From an uncultured virus (IMG/VR IMGVR_UViG_3300033170_000462) (taxonomy: Duplodnaviria > Heunggongvirae > Uroviricota > Caudoviricetes): a stretch of 22,902 bases of DNA. How positions within the stretch are numbered: the first letter of the stretch is position 1; each line of letters starts with the position of its first letter. Positions 15,462 to 22,902 of this stretch are shown piece after piece. The stretch lies in the IMG/VR virus record IMGVR_UViG_3300033170_000462. One strand, 5' to 3'. The position numbers were made by a program, and so were the translations under genes. The notes under the pieces are model-generated. The model made no database searches. It saw nothing but the letters and a program-made list of their open reading frames with translations, and was not told the origin of the DNA.

Positions 15462-15750
15462 GGCCGTCTCCTTGGGGCTGCAGGTATTGGGCGCTGGCGG
15501 CGGCAAACCGCTCGCGGGCGCGCTTGAATTCATCGGCGGCCGCCAGAAAGGCCCGACGGCCTTCCGGGGTGCGGGTATCCTGAGCGGCCATGCGGGCGCC
15601 GGCGGCATCCATCTCGGCCAGGGCCTGTTCGGTTTCCAGCTCGTATTCCAGCCAGCGCAGCCGCTCCTGCAGGGCGACGCGGTTGTGTCGGCAAAGGGCG
15701 CGCAGGGCGCGTTCCAGGGCCGGGTTGGCGGTCTGTTCCGGGTGGCTCAT
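15400..15750 (-). CDS. hypothetical helical protein
   Basis: Start MSHPEQT overlaps upstream stop; GGAGGT RBS. Confidence 0.65.
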   Translation of the reverse strand: MSHPEQTANPALERALRALCRHNRVALQERLRWLEYELETEQALAEMDAAGARMAAQDTRTPEGRRAFLAAADEFKRARERFAAASAQYLQPQGDGHGQPDADQADSYRQGRPGAE

Positions 15751-16157
15751 CCGAGCACCTCCATCAATTCGAGGGTTTGGAATGTTTTCTGATAGTGCCG
15801 GCGGATCGCCGTGGCGTTGGGCCAGCACGCGTCAAAATAGTGCCACCGCCGATCGGGATCGAAGGCCGGCCCCAACGTCTTGCGCATCGGCTTGCTGAGC
15901 TTTTTCAGACTGGCCCGCTCCTTGGGCCTGCACAGGTACCTGGAGGCCGGCCGCAGGCAGCGTTGCTCGGGGTGCGCGTTGTCCGCCAAGAACCATTCCC
16001 CCCGATAAACGCCGTTGACATAGGTCAGGATGCCGAGGCGGTTTTTACTGACGAGGGTCCGGTAGAAGGTCACCTCGAACTGGTCCGCCTTGATTTTGGC
16101 GCTCCCGTAGGTACCGGAAAGCGCCTTCTCGACTGCCGCCCATTCTTCCTTGGTCAT
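15747..16157 (-). CDS. phage hypothetical protein
   Basis: Start MTKEEWAAVEKALS, GGAGG RBS, ATGA overlap; YVNG..RGEW motif. Confidence 0.75.
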   Translation of the reverse strand: MTKEEWAAVEKALSGTYGSAKIKADQFEVTFYRTLVSKNRLGILTYVNGVYRGEWFLADNAHPEQRCLRPASRYLCRPKERASLKKLSKPMRKTLGPAFDPDRRWHYFDACWPNATAIRRHYQKTFQTLELMEVLG

Positions 16158-16351
16158 CCGTCCTCCGTCTTCGCCAGGCTCACCGGATACGGCCAGGGCG
16201 CGGGGTGCCCCGGCATGTGTTTGGCGTCCCACTCCACCCAGTCGGGGCACTGCTTGCCCCACTTGCGGATGGCCCGCAGGTGGTCGGGATGCCGGCACCA
16301 TTTTTCCAGGCCGCGAAAGCCGAAGTATTTGCAATCCCCGCACGAGGGCAT
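16154..16351 (-). CDS. small Cys-rich hypothetical protein
   Basis: MPSCGDCKYF...WC...QCPDW; coupled to next gene. Confidence 0.6.
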   Translation of the reverse strand: MPSCGDCKYFGFRGLEKWCRHPDHLRAIRKWGKQCPDWVEWDAKHMPGHPAPWPYPVSLAKTEDG

Positions 16352-16364
16352 GTTTTTCCCTTCT

Positions 16365-16384
16365 GTCTTCAGCCTTCAGCCTGC
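16365..16384 (+). repeat. heptamer repeat (TTCAGCC)n
   Basis: gtcttcagccttcagcctgc. Confidence 0.65.
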
Positions 16385-16389
16385 TTCTT

Positions 16390-16456
16390 GTGGCTGCTCA
16401 TCAGTGCCGGGCCGCCACGCCCGGCAGACCGGCCCCTTGCGGGGCGCGGTTTCGCA
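16390..16456 (-). ncRNA. hammerhead ribozyme (type II topology, pseudoknot)
   Basis: UGC-GAAA-CCG.GCCCC[gcaa]GGGGC-CGG-UC / UGCCGGGC[guggcg]GCCCGGCA-CUGAUGA-GCA-GCCAC; loop GUGGC pairs with 3' GCCAC. Confidence 0.9.
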
Positions 16457-16627
16457 TCAGCACAGGGCGAGTTCCTGCTCGCCGGTATCCATATTCTCCA
16501 AAACCTCCACCTTCACCGCCTCGCCGAAGCTGTCGGCGAGGGGCATTGCGTCGGGAAACTCGGCCAGGGCCTGGCGCAGAGCGCCCACCGTCTCGATGCC
16601 GACGATCTCGCGCAACAGCTTCAGCAT
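16457..16627 (-). CDS. 56-aa hypothetical protein (MLKLLREIVGIETVGALRQALAEFPDAMPL...)
   Basis: Hand-translated; below track cutoff; CAGGT RBS-like; overlaps upstream stop; stop abuts the ribozyme. Confidence 0.6.
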   Translation of the reverse strand: MLKLLREIVGIETVGALRQALAEFPDAMPLADSFGEAVKVEVLENMDTGEQELALC

Positions 16628-16857
16628 GGCGCACCTGCCTCGGCTTCAGTCTTCAGCCTTCGGCCTTCAGCCTGCCTTTCGGCATGGCTGGCCGCGATGA
16701 GGGCCGGCCGGCGGCAGTTGGGGCAGCGCAGGTATTTGATGGGGCGGCTGAAGCCGGCGGGGCCGGTCGGGTAGCTGAGGCGGTGGCGCTGCTCGACAAA
16801 AAACCCGACCTTGCAGCCCGGCTGGCTGCAGAATGCGGTGACCAGATAGGGCATCAC
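16621..16857 (-). CDS. small hypothetical protein with two Cys pairs
   Basis: C...GC ... CPNC; start overlaps the gam stop; 3' end contains heptamer repeats. Confidence 0.55.
   Translation of the reverse strand: MMPYLVTAFCSQPGCKVGFFVEQRHRLSYPTGPAGFSRPIKYLRCPNCRRPALIAASHAERQAEGRRLKTEAEAGAPC
16642..16676 (+). repeat. heptamer repeat (TTCAGYC)n
   Basis: ggcttcagtcttcagccttcggccttcagcctgcc. Confidence 0.7.
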
Positions 16858-17387
16858 GCCACCTCCTCAAGCTCGGTTTCGAAGGGAACAATGACAAAAT
16901 CCTCCCCTTGGCTGATGGAGATGCCCTTGACATGTTCGACAGCTTCGGGCTCTGCCAAAATGGCATCCTTGTTGATCTCTTCCTTGACGCGGATAAAGCG
17001 GTTCAATTTCAGGCTTTTGAGCGCATCAAGTACAGTAGCGACGGACCGCACACTGACCCGAGGAGGCCGCATTCTCCAGCGCACCTCGCCGGCCGACAAA
17101 TTCGCCGTCTTGACCTTGCCGTCCCGGGTTAACTCGGCGCGGTTGGCTTCACACCAGGTCTGCACCCCTTCGGTCAAGGCCTTGATGGCCTCCGCGTGAG
17201 GCCGAGCCAGTTCTTCATACTCCTGTTTGAGGGCCGCGATACGATCGTTCATCTCCGCCTGAATTCGCTCGCGTTCGCGTTGCCGGCGACCGATTTCGGC
17301 GATGGACGAAACCGTTTCCTCGCGGCTCTGGGGAACAGGAAACTTGATCGCCTCGGTTTTGATGCGGGTTGTCTTGGCCATGGTCAT
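16854..17387 (-). CDS. gam: host-nuclease inhibitor Gam family protein
   Basis: VPQSREE, GVQTWCEANRAELT..GKVKTANL..GEVRWR.RPP.V, FIRVKEEINKDAIL, EDFVIVPFE. Confidence 0.95.
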   Translation of the reverse strand: MTMAKTTRIKTEAIKFPVPQSREETVSSIAEIGRRQRERERIQAEMNDRIAALKQEYEELARPHAEAIKALTEGVQTWCEANRAELTRDGKVKTANLSAGEVRWRMRPPRVSVRSVATVLDALKSLKLNRFIRVKEEINKDAILAEPEAVEHVKGISISQGEDFVIVPFETELEEVA

Positions 17388-17393
17388 CTCCTC

Positions 17394-17630
17394 TTAAATG
17401 GCGGTTTTAAGCGGTGTTTGCAGCACCTTGCGCGGCACGATTACCGGCTTGGGCGGCTGGTAGTAACCGCACAGCGACCCGCCGTCAAGCAGGTAAAAGG
17501 CGGTCTGGTCGGCCCCTTCGGGATCGAGCAGGTAATCGGCAAAGGTGATTTGCAAAAGCGGCCCGATTTGGTGCTGCACGAACCGGTCGGCCAGGTAGTT
17601 GAGTCGTTCATTGCTCATCATCATGGTCAT
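17394..17630 (-). CDS. hypothetical protein
   Basis: GAGGAGG RBS; RLNYLADRFV...ITFADYL.DP. Confidence 0.7.
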   Translation of the reverse strand: MTMMMSNERLNYLADRFVQHQIGPLLQITFADYLLDPEGADQTAFYLLDGGSLCGYYQPPKPVIVPRKVLQTPLKTAI

Positions 17631-17739
17631 CCTCCTCGGGGATGGACGGGTTATCGTCGGTCAGCCACAGGGGCGAGAGCAGCAGCAACATGGTGCCCCA
17701 GCCCATTATCAGCCCCGCGCAAAACACCAGGCTCATCAT
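17608..17739 (-). CDS. 43-aa putative membrane peptide (MMSLVFCAGLIMGWGTMLLLLSPLWLTDDNPSIPEEDDHDDEQ)
   Basis: Hand-translated; GGAGGT RBS, ATGA overlap with upstream stop; hydrophobic N-terminus and acidic tail. Confidence 0.5.
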   Translation of the reverse strand: MMSLVFCAGLIMGWGTMLLLLSPLWLTDDNPSIPEEDDHDDEQ

Positions 17740-18140
17740 GCCGTCACCTCCTGGGTCCCGCGAGCGGGGTTGACCATGTAGCGGCCGTCGCCCACGGGCA
17801 GCAACGGCGCGGGCCGGGTGCGTTTGCTGTTGACCCAGTTATGCCAGCGTTTGCCGTGCAGGGTGCAAAAGCCGCTGTGGTTGCCGCCGTTGAGCTTCCG
17901 GCCGCAGCCGACCACCGCGCAGCGGCGATCGCGGGGGTTCGCTTCTGCCTGCCGGTGCTCGATGGCGGCCGGATCGGGGTCGGCGGCCAGGGGCCGGTAG
18001 CGGCTCAGGGCCCGCGAGCGGCGCTCGCCGCATAACACGCAGCGCACGGTCTGCAGCACGGTGCCGTTTTCCAGGTGTTCGAGCCGAGCTTCCAACGCGC
18101 CGCGCCCGGCGCGGCATTTGGGGCAATGCACGGATGTCAC
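17736..18140 (-). CDS. hypothetical Zn-binding protein
   Basis: CPKC...CVLC and C.V.GC...FC.LH motifs; GTGA overlap. Confidence 0.65.
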   Translation of the reverse strand: MTSVHCPKCRAGRGALEARLEHLENGTVLQTVRCVLCGERRSRALSRYRPLAADPDPAAIEHRQAEANPRDRRCAVVGCGRKLNGGNHSGFCTLHGKRWHNWVNSKRTRPAPLLPVGDGRYMVNPARGTQEVTA

Positions 18141-18457
18141 TGGTGGCCTCCTCTCTCGCAGGTGGGGCAGGTCTGGGTCAGCATGCGCGCCACCGGGTTG
18201 GTGTAGCGCGGCAGTTTGCGGCGCTCCTCGGCGCAGCGGCCCAGGCTGATGTCTTCGCCGAACACCGGGCAGAAAAACCGGGTGTTGCCGTAGACTTCCT
18301 CCACCCGGGTCAGCAGGTTGGTCAAATCGCCCTGGTACTTGCCGTGCCGGGCCTGGCTGACGGCGCTCTGGCTGTAGCCGATGGCCCGCGCCACGGCTGC
18401 GGCGCCGTGGGTCTCGATCATGGCCAGAAACAGGGTCATGCGGTCAGTCTGCGTCAT
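18137..18457 (-). CDS. HTH protein with C-terminal Cys cluster
   Basis: AAVARAIGYSQSAVSQ..GKY.GD, CPVFGE.I...RC, CPTC; common downstream of transposase B in Mu-like phages. Confidence 0.8.
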   Translation of the reverse strand: MTQTDRMTLFLAMIETHGAAAVARAIGYSQSAVSQARHGKYQGDLTNLLTRVEEVYGNTRFFCPVFGEDISLGRCAEERRKLPRYTNPVARMLTQTCPTCERGGHQ

Positions 18458-19019
18458 GGCGGCCTCCCTGGCTCCACACCACCTGTTCAAGGTTGGGGTC
18501 GTAAATCTGCTTGACGCGCTGGATCATGGGCGGCTTCGGGCCGCTGTAGCGGCGGCGCACGAACTGGTAGTGTTGCCCTTGCTGCGTCAGGTAGCCGGCC
18601 CGCCACAGAAAGCGGCAGTAGGTCACGGCTTCGTTGGTGGCCACCTGGTGCTCTTCGGTGCTGGCATGGATGGCCAAATCCTGCGCCGTGAACCGCCCCA
18701 GCACGCGCATGGCGCGCCACATCTGCAACCGGCCCTGGCCCATGCTCACAGGCGCGCCGTTCTTGGTGACCCGGGGCGCGTGCTGGCCGGCATCGCGGCT
18801 TAGCCGCCAGATGGAGGCGGCGCCGGGGCCGCCCTGGGCGATTTTTTCCAGATATCCGGCCCGTTCCAGGCCGATGAGGTAATCGCGGATGGTCGCTTTG
18901 CCGAGCCGGGTATGGTGGGCCAGTTCGGTGACGGTGAACTCGGGCAGAGTGCGCAGCGCCTCCCACACCGCCTGGCGCTTTTCCTCCGGCCGGGTTTGGT
19001 CGATGGGTTTGCGGGCCAT
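18444..19019 (-). CDS. tandem winged-helix DNA-binding protein
   Basis: Start MARKPID (TAATG overlap); two repeats W.A.R.L..FT...L...AGYL; GPKPPMIQR...YDPN. Confidence 0.8.
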   Translation of the reverse strand: MARKPIDQTRPEEKRQAVWEALRTLPEFTVTELAHHTRLGKATIRDYLIGLERAGYLEKIAQGGPGAASIWRLSRDAGQHAPRVTKNGAPVSMGQGRLQMWRAMRVLGRFTAQDLAIHASTEEHQVATNEAVTYCRFLWRAGYLTQQGQHYQFVRRRYSGPKPPMIQRVKQIYDPNLEQVVWSQGGRHDAD

Positions 19020-19756
19020 TACAGTTTCCTCCCCGCCGGCGCTTCGCCGGTGTAGAAGGGGCGGTGGCCCCACTCCCGCAAACCCATGGCGGGCAGGCCC
19101 TGGCGACGGGCTTCCTCGCCGATCATGGCCAGGTTCACGCACACCCGGCGCACGCTGCCCTTGGCCAGGTTGTGCAGCCTGACCAGCAGTTCGTCCTCCA
19201 CCTGCACCGCCGGGCAGTACAGCCGCGCCAGGTGCGCCACGTCGCCGGGGCTGACCGGCTGGGCGCCCTCCCAGGCCAGGATGCGGCCGTGAAACCGCTC
19301 CCAGCGCTTGAGCTTGGCGGGCAGCTGCTCCTCGCCGATGAGGGCCACCACCACGCCGGTTTCGTCGTGAATGTCGCGCACGATGTCCACCGCCGATTTC
19401 TGCACCAGGTAGTCCATCTCATCGATGATCAGTAGTTTTCCGCCGCCTTCCAGGGCCGCTACGGCCTGGGCGTACATGGCGCCGATGGTGCGCTCGGGAT
19501 GAATGCCCATCTCCTTGAGCAGTTCGCCCAAAAAGGTCTTTTTGGTCATGGTGCTGCGGCACTCCACGTAGTGGGTGGGCAACTTCTGGTAGGCGTACAC
19601 CGCCGCCGTGCTCTTGCCCCAGCCGCTGGGACCGTGAAAGCAGACCATCCCCGGCAGTCGCGGGTCGCGGTTCATGGCCCGCTCGACCAGCCGCATGAAC
19701 AGGCCGACATTGGTCAGCGGCGCGACGGTCTTGCTTCCGGAATCCATTTGTGTCAT
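19019..19756 (-). CDS. transposition ATPase (MuB-like AAA)
   Basis: Walker A GPSGWGKS, Walker B LLIIDE, LIGEE.LP.KL..WERFH.R; follows the transposase. Confidence 0.93.
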   Translation of the reverse strand: MTQMDSGSKTVAPLTNVGLFMRLVERAMNRDPRLPGMVCFHGPSGWGKSTAAVYAYQKLPTHYVECRSTMTKKTFLGELLKEMGIHPERTIGAMYAQAVAALEGGGKLLIIDEMDYLVQKSAVDIVRDIHDETGVVVALIGEEQLPAKLKRWERFHGRILAWEGAQPVSPGDVAHLARLYCPAVQVEDELLVRLHNLAKGSVRRVCVNLAMIGEEARRQGLPAMGLREWGHRPFYTGEAPAGRKL

Positions 19757-19826
19757 GCTGTAACCCTCCGTGATTGAAGTCGGACGGCCCATCCGTCCGC
19801 GATTGAAGCCGCGTTGCAGCGCGGCT

Positions 19827-21992
19827 TTATGTCGTTGTGAAGCTTGAGTAAAAATCCCCGAAGTCCTCCTCCATCTTCTGCATGGCCCGCCAGTCCGCGC
19901 TCTGCGCGAAACTGCGGAAAAACGTTTCGTCCTCGGCATACAGCGTCTCGCCGGCGTTCACCTTCGCCTCCAGCTTCTTCCAGCGGGCGTAAGAGGCTTC
20001 CGGCGTGCTGATATCGGCAGTGATGCGCGCCTTGGCGGCGGCGCCCGTCAGGCTGCGGGCCGCCTCGCTTGCGGCCTGCAGGCCCTCGCTGGTGTATTCG
20101 CGGCTGGGGCGGGGCAATGCGGCCAGTTTGTTGGCCCGTTCCGCCGCCGTGGCGCGGATTTCGTTGACGATGTCGTCCACCCCAATCTTTCTGGCGTTGG
20201 CCTTGGATTCGGCCTTGGCTTGCTGCATGGCCTTTTTCTGCATCTCCTTGGAGCGGGCCGCCACCTCGGCGCGGTCGATGCCGAGGCGGTGGGGGCACTC
20301 GGCGGTGCAGATAAACTCGCTGAACGATTCGCCGCCGAACACCATGATCCGCCCCAGATCCGCCGGGTCGTACAGCACCCGCACATCGCGGCGCACGTGT
20401 TCCCACAACTCCGGAGCCACAAACAGGCCGTAATCCAGGCGGATGCCCTTTTTGCCGACGGTGCGTATCCCGCCCTTGCCGGGGGCTTCGGCCAGCAGCA
20501 GATCCAGGGCCCGTTCGTCGCGGATGCGCTCCAGAGGCTCCTGCCATTCGGCCACCATCTGATAGGGCGTCTTGCCGTTTAACCCCTCGTGCTCCCGATG
20601 CAGGTAGATGTCGTTCACCCAGTCGTCGCAAAAGCGCTGGAAAGCCTCAGAACTCATGTTGATCTCGACCACCGCATCCTTCTGAAACAGCCGCTCCGAA
20701 AACGTCTTGCGCGCCTCGATGCGCTTGCGTTCGGCCACGCTGTGCCCGATGTAACCCGACAACAGCTCCACCAGATCGTGGGCGAAGGTGCGGAAAAACC
20801 GTTCGATGTGGGGCTTGTGCCAGGGGGAGAAGGGCGGGCACAGCACCTGCTCGATGTCGAGCATTTCGAAGACCCGCTTCATGTGGTGGCCGGTATAGTC
20901 GGAACCGTTGTCCGTCTTGGCTGTCAGCCGCCAGGGCGCAGCCGGCAGGCCCCAGTCCAGCAGCGCGTTTCGCAGCAGGGCCGCCACCGCCGTGCCCCGG
21001 GCCGTGGGGGTGATCAGCATCTTCGGCCGGCGGCTGTACACGTCGATGACGCCGCAGATATGATGCCGGCCGTCCGTGAACATCACGTCCGCCGGGGTGC
21101 CGTCGAATTCCCACAGCTGGTTCAGCACCGTCACGTGCTCCGAGGCGCTGCCGAAGGCCGTCATGTATTGATCCTTCCAGGCGTCCGGATTGGCCAGGGC
21201 GCAAAACAGCTGCGCGTTCCGGCTCTTCCAGGTGACCATCCAGGCGTTCAGGCGGCCCTGGCTCGGCAAATCGACGTCCGCCCGGGCGGCAAAGCGGGCT
21301 TCCAGTCCCTGTATCACCTGGCTGGCCTTGCAGTGGGGAAATTCCGTCATCATCGCCAACACGAAATCCCGCACTTCCGGCTGCCGATCGATCTTGGTGT
21401 CGCCCTCGCGGTTGCCGTAGCGTGCGCCCAGGTGGCCTGCTTGCTTCACCCGTCGCCGCCACTTGGCCAGGGTGCTGGGATTGACGGTGGCAATCCGCTG
21501 CCGCACCGCCTCCAGGCCCGGCCGTTGCCCGGCGTTGTACAGGGCGCTGTAACTGGCCAGCGACGGATTCACGGCCTCGCCGGACAGTTTGCGGTAGGCG
21601 GCCCAGTCCATCAGAATGGCGCTGCGGTCGGCGTCGCGCTGGCGCTCCCGTTGTGGCAGCTGCAGGGCTTTTTTCAAAACTTCCTCGGCTTGGCGCAGTT
21701 GCGTTTCGCCTTCCACCCGGGCGGCCAAGGCCAGCTTGCGGCCCGCTTCGGCGCCGTCCTTGGCCGCCTCGGAAGTCACGCCGGGGCGGGACGCGGCCAG
21801 GGCTTTCCTTATCTCCTTGGGTAATCCACTTATGAGGAATAGTCGGCGCGTTCCATTGCGGCCCTTTGAGACTTCTTCCTCGCAAGGCCAGTTTTCCTTG
21901 GAGCTTCGTTGACGCACCGCCTCTTTTGATACGCCCATGGCTTTAGATATTTCGGCCATGGTGGCCAAGTGTGGTTTGACGTGCTCTTTCAT
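19827..21992 (-). CDS. Mu-like DDE transposase A
   Basis: N-terminal HTH; catalytic WEFDGTPAD, KTDNGSDY, KPHIERFFRT; Mu C-terminal VRVLYDPADLGRI. Confidence 0.95.
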   Translation of the reverse strand: MKEHVKPHLATMAEISKAMGVSKEAVRQRSSKENWPCEEEVSKGRNGTRRLFLISGLPKEIRKALAASRPGVTSEAAKDGAEAGRKLALAARVEGETQLRQAEEVLKKALQLPQRERQRDADRSAILMDWAAYRKLSGEAVNPSLASYSALYNAGQRPGLEAVRQRIATVNPSTLAKWRRRVKQAGHLGARYGNREGDTKIDRQPEVRDFVLAMMTEFPHCKASQVIQGLEARFAARADVDLPSQGRLNAWMVTWKSRNAQLFCALANPDAWKDQYMTAFGSASEHVTVLNQLWEFDGTPADVMFTDGRHHICGVIDVYSRRPKMLITPTARGTAVAALLRNALLDWGLPAAPWRLTAKTDNGSDYTGHHMKRVFEMLDIEQVLCPPFSPWHKPHIERFFRTFAHDLVELLSGYIGHSVAERKRIEARKTFSERLFQKDAVVEINMSSEAFQRFCDDWVNDIYLHREHEGLNGKTPYQMVAEWQEPLERIRDERALDLLLAEAPGKGGIRTVGKKGIRLDYGLFVAPELWEHVRRDVRVLYDPADLGRIMVFGGESFSEFICTAECPHRLGIDRAEVAARSKEMQKKAMQQAKAESKANARKIGVDDIVNEIRATAAERANKLAALPRPSREYTSEGLQAASEAARSLTGAAAKARITADISTPEASYARWKKLEAKVNAGETLYAEDETFFRSFAQSADWRAMQKMEEDFGDFYSSFTTT

Positions 21993-22024
21993 GCCTTTTT
22001 CTCCATGGACTGCTCCTTGTAGAT

Positions 22025-22090
22025 TGGCTGCTCGTCAGGACCGGGGCGCCGCCCCCGGCCTACCGGCCCCGGTTGGGGCGCGGTTTCGCT
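22025..22090 (-). ncRNA. hammerhead ribozyme (type II topology) upstream of transposase
   Basis: GC-GAAA-CCG.GCCCC[aacc]GGGGC-CGG-UA / GGCCGGGG[gcggcg]CCCCGGUC-CUGACGA-GC-AGCC; GUA triplet at 22063-22061. Confidence 0.85.
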
Positions 22091-22566
22091 CAACATTTCT
22101 TCTCCCAGGCCTTGATCAGGCGGTCGATCTCTGCCGTCTGATGCCGCATCTCGGCCATCTGTTCCGTCAGCCGCTGTTTCTGGCTGCGCAAGGCGTCCGG
22201 GCCGCCCAGGGCGAACATCCCCACCGGCTGGCACACCACCTCCAGCGGCCGTGTGCTGCCCGTCGCCCGGCAGAAGGCCGGCGCGTACTCCAGCGGAAAG
22301 CGGTGTCCCTCCTTGCTTTCGCTGGTCCAGGCGTCCAGCATGAAGCGGCTGATCTCCTGGTCCGTCAGTTCGCTCATCTTGGCCGCAATCTCCCAGCGGG
22401 AGAGCGCGCTGCCCTTGATCGCCTCGTACAGGGCGTTGCGCACCAAGGCCCGCATGTTCAGCGCCCCCGGCGCGTCGCGCAGTCCCAACAGCATCCGCTC
22501 CTCCTCTTTCTTCAGCACGTCCAGCAAACTCAGTTGATGGGGATCGGTGGTCTTCTGTCTGCCCAT
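22090..22566 (-). CDS. phage regulatory protein (CII-like)
   Basis: GGAGG RBS; SRWEIAAKMSELT...IS..MLDAWTSESKE.HRFP....AFC.ATG. Confidence 0.75.
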   Translation of the reverse strand: MGRQKTTDPHQLSLLDVLKKEEERMLLGLRDAPGALNMRALVRNALYEAIKGSALSRWEIAAKMSELTDQEISRFMLDAWTSESKEGHRFPLEYAPAFCRATGSTRPLEVVCQPVGMFALGGPDALRSQKQRLTEQMAEMRHQTAEIDRLIKAWEKKC

Positions 22567-22620
22567 GGCGTCCTCCCTGGTCAAAACCCTGTCCGAACCG
22601 CTCCCTCCTTTTGGCCATTG

Positions 22621-22902
22621 TTAATTCATTTCAGTTTTGCTACTCTTTTTTCGAGTTATGAAGCGTGGCGGCGCGGCCCCGTAGCGGCTCGGCCAGATCT
22701 CCTCGGGCTTCACGCCGATGATGTCGGCCACAATCCGCTCCATCGGCTTCCACCCGACCCACAGCACCGAGTTCGGCGAGTTCGAGCGGTAGCCGTGCTC
22801 CCGGGCGATGCGGGCGAAGGTATAGTCCTTCTTCGCCAGGGCGGCCTTGATATCCGCCGGGTGCCAGTCCGTTTTCGGGGTGTGTTTCTTTGCGCAGTTC
22901 AT
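22621..22902 (-). CDS. ner: Ner-like DNA-binding protein
   Basis: DWHPADIKAAL.K, E.IVADIIGVKPEEIWPSRY. Start is at the window edge. Confidence 0.9.
   Translation of the reverse strand: MNCAKKHTPKTDWHPADIKAALAKKDYTFARIAREHGYRSNSPNSVLWVGWKPMERIVADIIGVKPEEIWPSRYGAAPPRFITRKKSSKTEMN

Larger units (their letters stand above)
1..22902 (-). mobile_element. Mu-like transposable prophage (internal portion; ends and repressor not in window)
   Basis: Mu-type gene order ner, transposase A, ATPase B, gam, gemA, lysis, gp25-gp32-like head genes, capsid, all co-oriented with many overlapping stop/start codons. Confidence 0.97.

Noticed and set aside
19757..19830. Two hairpins and a CTTCAATC repeat between transposase and ATPase genes, checked as a fourth ribozyme
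   Set aside because: No CUGANGA/GAAA core; probably ordinary intergenic stem-loops.
21989..22096. Small ORF MLSETAPQPGPVGRGRRPGPDEQP..., similar to SETVPLRGPVAR...GPDEQP near 13830-13900
   Set aside because: The apparent peptide similarity comes from the conserved hammerhead nucleotides, not protein conservation.
18..22537. Long plus-strand ORFs (e.g. 928-1890, 2616-3926, 6322-7281, 20589-21824)
   Set aside because: Antisense shadows of GC-rich minus-strand phage genes with no recognisable motifs.

Overview
The whole window is an internal part of a Mu-like transposable prophage, with essentially all real genes on the minus strand. Read right to left, the early operon has Ner, a CII-like regulator, DDE transposase A, ATPase B, Gam and GemA. 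A putative late regulator and a low-GC accessory island (Clp-fold SDH protease, XRE HTH + ImmA/IrrE protease, 40-aa peptide) follow. Then come lysis genes and head genes (terminases, portal, MuF with a nuclease-like tail, gpG, protease/scaffold I/Z, decoration protein, start of the major capsid). The most striking element is a cassette at about 13740-15020. It contains a C4-type antisense RNA switch, a 58-aa ORF, a 190-aa RAMP/Cas7-like gene with no other cas genes, and two non-coding tracts with strict 5-nt periodicity (NGY-NN)n sharing a 13-nt 3' end. A hammerhead ribozyme separates the two tracts. Two more homologous hammerheads lie in the same early operon, one directly upstream of the transposase. 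This looks like a phage-encoded RNA-guided system. From memory it resembles the recently reported VIPR systems, which I cannot verify here. All family assignments come from motif recognition and gene order by eye, not from database searches.
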